The notes beneath the pieces were generated by a model. That model did no database searches, had not been told where the DNA came from, and saw nothing but the letters and a program-made list of their open reading frames with translations. A stretch of 64,000 nucleotides of DNA, taken from contig OX442314.1 of assembly GCA_949358305.1 (NCBI GenBank), forward strand, positions 28,582,001 to 28,646,000. The letters are read 5' to 3'. A program made the translations under genes and the position numbers. The DNA comes from Strigamia acuminata. Its lineage: Eukaryota. This document shows positions 61,191 through 64,000 of the stretch, one piece after another; position 1 is the stretch's first letter, and each line of letters opens with the position of its first letter.

Positions 61191-61595
61191 CCGTATATTT
61201 GCAAATAGCGCACCCATGCGCTATTTGCAAAATTTTTTTTTTGGCCCGCTTGGTATTAGAGGCCCGCGCGCTATTAAAGGCCCGCGGTTTATTCCGAATT
61301 GGAAAAAAGCATCGGCCAATTTGCGACGAAAATCACCAAAACAGTGTGATAAATGGACCATTTTGCATATGTTTCAGTAATTTCTACTGAAACATATGCA
61401 AAACGTTCTATTTATCATCCTTTTTCGGCACATTTCAAAAATTTTCGGCCTACAATTGGAACGTTTCGGAAACATAACAATGGCCCCGCGCGCTAAACAA
61501 GGTCCGCACCTTATTTGTAAAAAGCACTTTGACCCCGCGTATTACTTAATGTCCGCGGGCTATTAAGGGCCCGCGTAGTAATCGACAATATACGG
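61191..61595. mobile_element. Tigger/pogo-like MITE
   Basis: TA|CCGTATATT...AATATACGG|TA, internal GGCCCGCG repeats. Confidence 0.7.
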
Positions 61596-63319
61596 TAACC
61601 AAACATTTGGCGATCTCTAAACAAGTTTCGTTCCATTCTCCTCTTTCTGTGATGTCCCAAACATCTGCCTAATAATTCTTTCATGCAATCATTTTTCGTA
61701 CTAATATTCTTTGTTTAAGTTCAGTAAGAATATCTTGAGGTGATAAATATTCAGTTTGGTCATTGCTGCCAAGTCATTTTATATGGTTGTCATTTGTTTT
61801 TGTTCTATTAATAAGGTTTATTTTACAACAAAAACATTTTCTTTTTTCATTTTGGATTGCACCTTTACTTGATTTGGTTTGAAGTCAGTTTATTTAGCAA
61901 ATCATTGGCACCCAATCATTTCTGGATGAATAAATTGACAAGTTTTCCCTTTGCCAATGATAACATCCGCATTTTTGACGTAGTGGCGATACTGAGTAAT
62001 CTAGATATACTTAGACACTTACCCAATCATATTTAAATTAACTATAGCTACATTTTAGACTTCTAAACCGAATGTTTAGAAAGTCTAATAAAACGGTCAT
62101 GTCCGTCTATCTGTCCGTCCGTCGTCATCGATTCCGCAAAAACTATAGCAGCTAGAGCCAAACGGACAGCGGCAATAAATTCAGCGTACCTGTATTAGTA
62201 TCCTAGGGTCTTTTTGCAATTTTCCGACCTCCGGTTAAATTAATAAACACGATTTTGTACACTTTTAGCTGTCTAATCTAATAATACTACTTCTGTCCGC
62301 GCACCGGAAGTTGTAACATTCTACGAGCGCCACCTGGCGGATCCCGTGAGCCGTCGCGATACGTTTTTTGATGTTTACTATATGGAAATGAGGTCCAAAA
62401 ATTCTGGAACCAAGCCCAATCGATTGGAAATCCAAATCTACATGACCCTGTATATATTTTTTTTGTTTGGTCGAAAAAAAGTCTGCATTACGATACACCA
62501 AAAATTGTAAATTGTAAATGTAAATTTACAAGTTTGAAAACCTAAATTAGCTAGTTTGTTGTACTAAAAGTTGAATAATTTTGGCTAAATTGCTACAGAA
62601 TTTCATAAGATGGGATAATAATTTCTTTTACCTACTGTCAGTTAATTACAAATAATATTTTCTTTTTTGAAGGGAACGTATTCAGAGGTCGAAATAAATA
62701 CCTCAAGCGGAGTGTGCACACAATACTTAACTGGTGTGTTTAGCTATTTTCCACTAACCCTAACTACCCATGCTATACAGCAAATGATTGCCATAATTTC
62801 ATGCTTTTTGATGCTGTACACAGTTACACCTCATGCCATCGAATGACATAGGACAGGAAACAAACACTTTAATATAATCATTTGTTGTATCGTTGATTAC
62901 AGAAAAAATGCTTTCGACATTTTCTAATCCCCGATTTGACTTTCAGTTTCATTAGACTTCTTTTGATGATATTTATAAAATGATTTTACCCGACTTTCTT
63001 TAAGTCAATTATCTGAATGATTTGTTTTTGCTTTCTAGATGAAGTACCATTCAATGGCCAGACCACAAGTGTTGTGACAGCTTACTCGACTCTTTCATTG
63101 AGTTTATGCCACCATTACTACCAGGTATAAGAGCACTTTAATAATAAAACTAGTTTAGTATGTTAATTGATTGTCATGTATCACAAAAGTTTTTTACAAC
63201 TACAAAAGAAGACCAAGATTTGGATTTAACTTCAAACATATTACTACCAATGGAAGATGGAGTGGGAATAGGTGTTTTGTATAACATGATCAAGGTGCGA
63301 CAACTTAAATAATCTAATA

Positions 63320-63743
63320 AAGGGTGTCCCAAAAATAACGCAAGATTTGAATTAACCGCCATTTGTGCAGTAAATTGTTGGCAACCCTGAAACAACAACG
63401 ATTTGACAGCTGAAAGTTTAGGGTTTTATCTGCCGAAATTGCATTATATTGATGTGGCCAATATGTGGTTTCAACAAGACGGTGCAAGAAAAAAGGGTCA
63501 ATTCTGATCACCGAAATCGGTGATGTCTCATGCAGTAATTGAATTGTTTCTATGGTTGTATGGCAATATGGCATGTGGCACCGTCTTGTTGAAACCACAT
63601 ATTGGCCACATCAATATAATCCAATTTCGGCAGATAAAACCCTAAACTTTCAGCTGTCAAATCGTTGTTGTTTCAGGGTTGCCAACAATTTACTGCACAA
63701 ATGGCGGCTAATTCAAATCTTGCGTTATTTTTGGGACACCCTA
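63320..63743. mobile_element. Palindromic mariner-derived MITE with ~165-bp arms
   Basis: 63321-63485 is a near-perfect inverted repeat of 63578-63742; TA flanks; arms end in sequence encoding NMWFQQDGA. Confidence 0.88.
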
Positions 63744-64000
63744 TACTTTTACAAACTAACTTAACTAATATTTTTAAAAAAAATTATTTATAGTTTTACC
63801 GCATAAATACACCGAAACGAAAATGTATGCCATCAAATGAATTCTATATTTGCAAAAAACAATGTTACCGCAAAAAGTTGAATGAAAAATTAACATGCCG
63901 GTATAGTATTGCATATCTGTACAAGTATTCATATCTGTACAAGTATTCACATCTACACTCAAGCTTTAAAATTTAGCAGCAGCATTCAAAAAGTCTAAAA

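Larger units (their letters stand above)
56518..63124 (+). pseudogene. Diverged tandem two-subunit DEG/ENaC paralog (3' end beyond the window; in-frame TAG in exon 1)
   Basis: Exons ~56518-56994, 57055-57130, ~57219-57302, ~57369-57455, 58817-58920, 60115-60925, 62673-62733 and probably ~63039-63124. Motifs FVWSLLL..CCYQ, ISFPVLKVC, GTC, CSCNRMC, LLIDAAGNVSLYLGMSIL, second TM1 and FPNITAC. Confidence 0.8.

Noticed and set aside
62030..62520. Helentron/DINE-like element (GTCC/GTCT microsatellite, short hairpin)
   Set aside because: Suggestive, but boundaries and termini could not be defined from one copy.

Overview
AT-rich, intron-containing animal (invertebrate-like) genomic DNA, not prokaryotic. 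The core of the window is a cluster of DEG/ENaC (pickpocket/ASIC superfamily) channel genes with an unusual architecture: each gene encodes two complete channel subunits fused head-to-tail (TM1-ectodomain-TM2-linker-TM1-ectodomain-TM2). For the + strand copy (48481-54261) I could assemble by hand an 11-exon, all GT-AG, stop-free model of about 816 aa. Closely related copies lie on the - strand at 20406-33867 and 36360-42649, and two more copies are broken (6527-7343; 9037-9121 plus 18383 onward). A highly diverged paralog with the same fusion starts at 56518. The cluster is heavily invaded by transposons. These include a Ty3/gypsy element with a doubled -1 frameshift site, a related non-autonomous LTR element carrying a 5-kb open ORF with no RT, a Mag-like gypsy, a copia fragment and a hAT transposase split by nested insertions. 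There are also at least four solo LTRs with target-site duplications (TSDs), several MITEs, and a TIR element that captured an intron-containing piece of methylmalonyl-CoA mutase. All exon boundaries and family calls come from manual reading; no searches were run.
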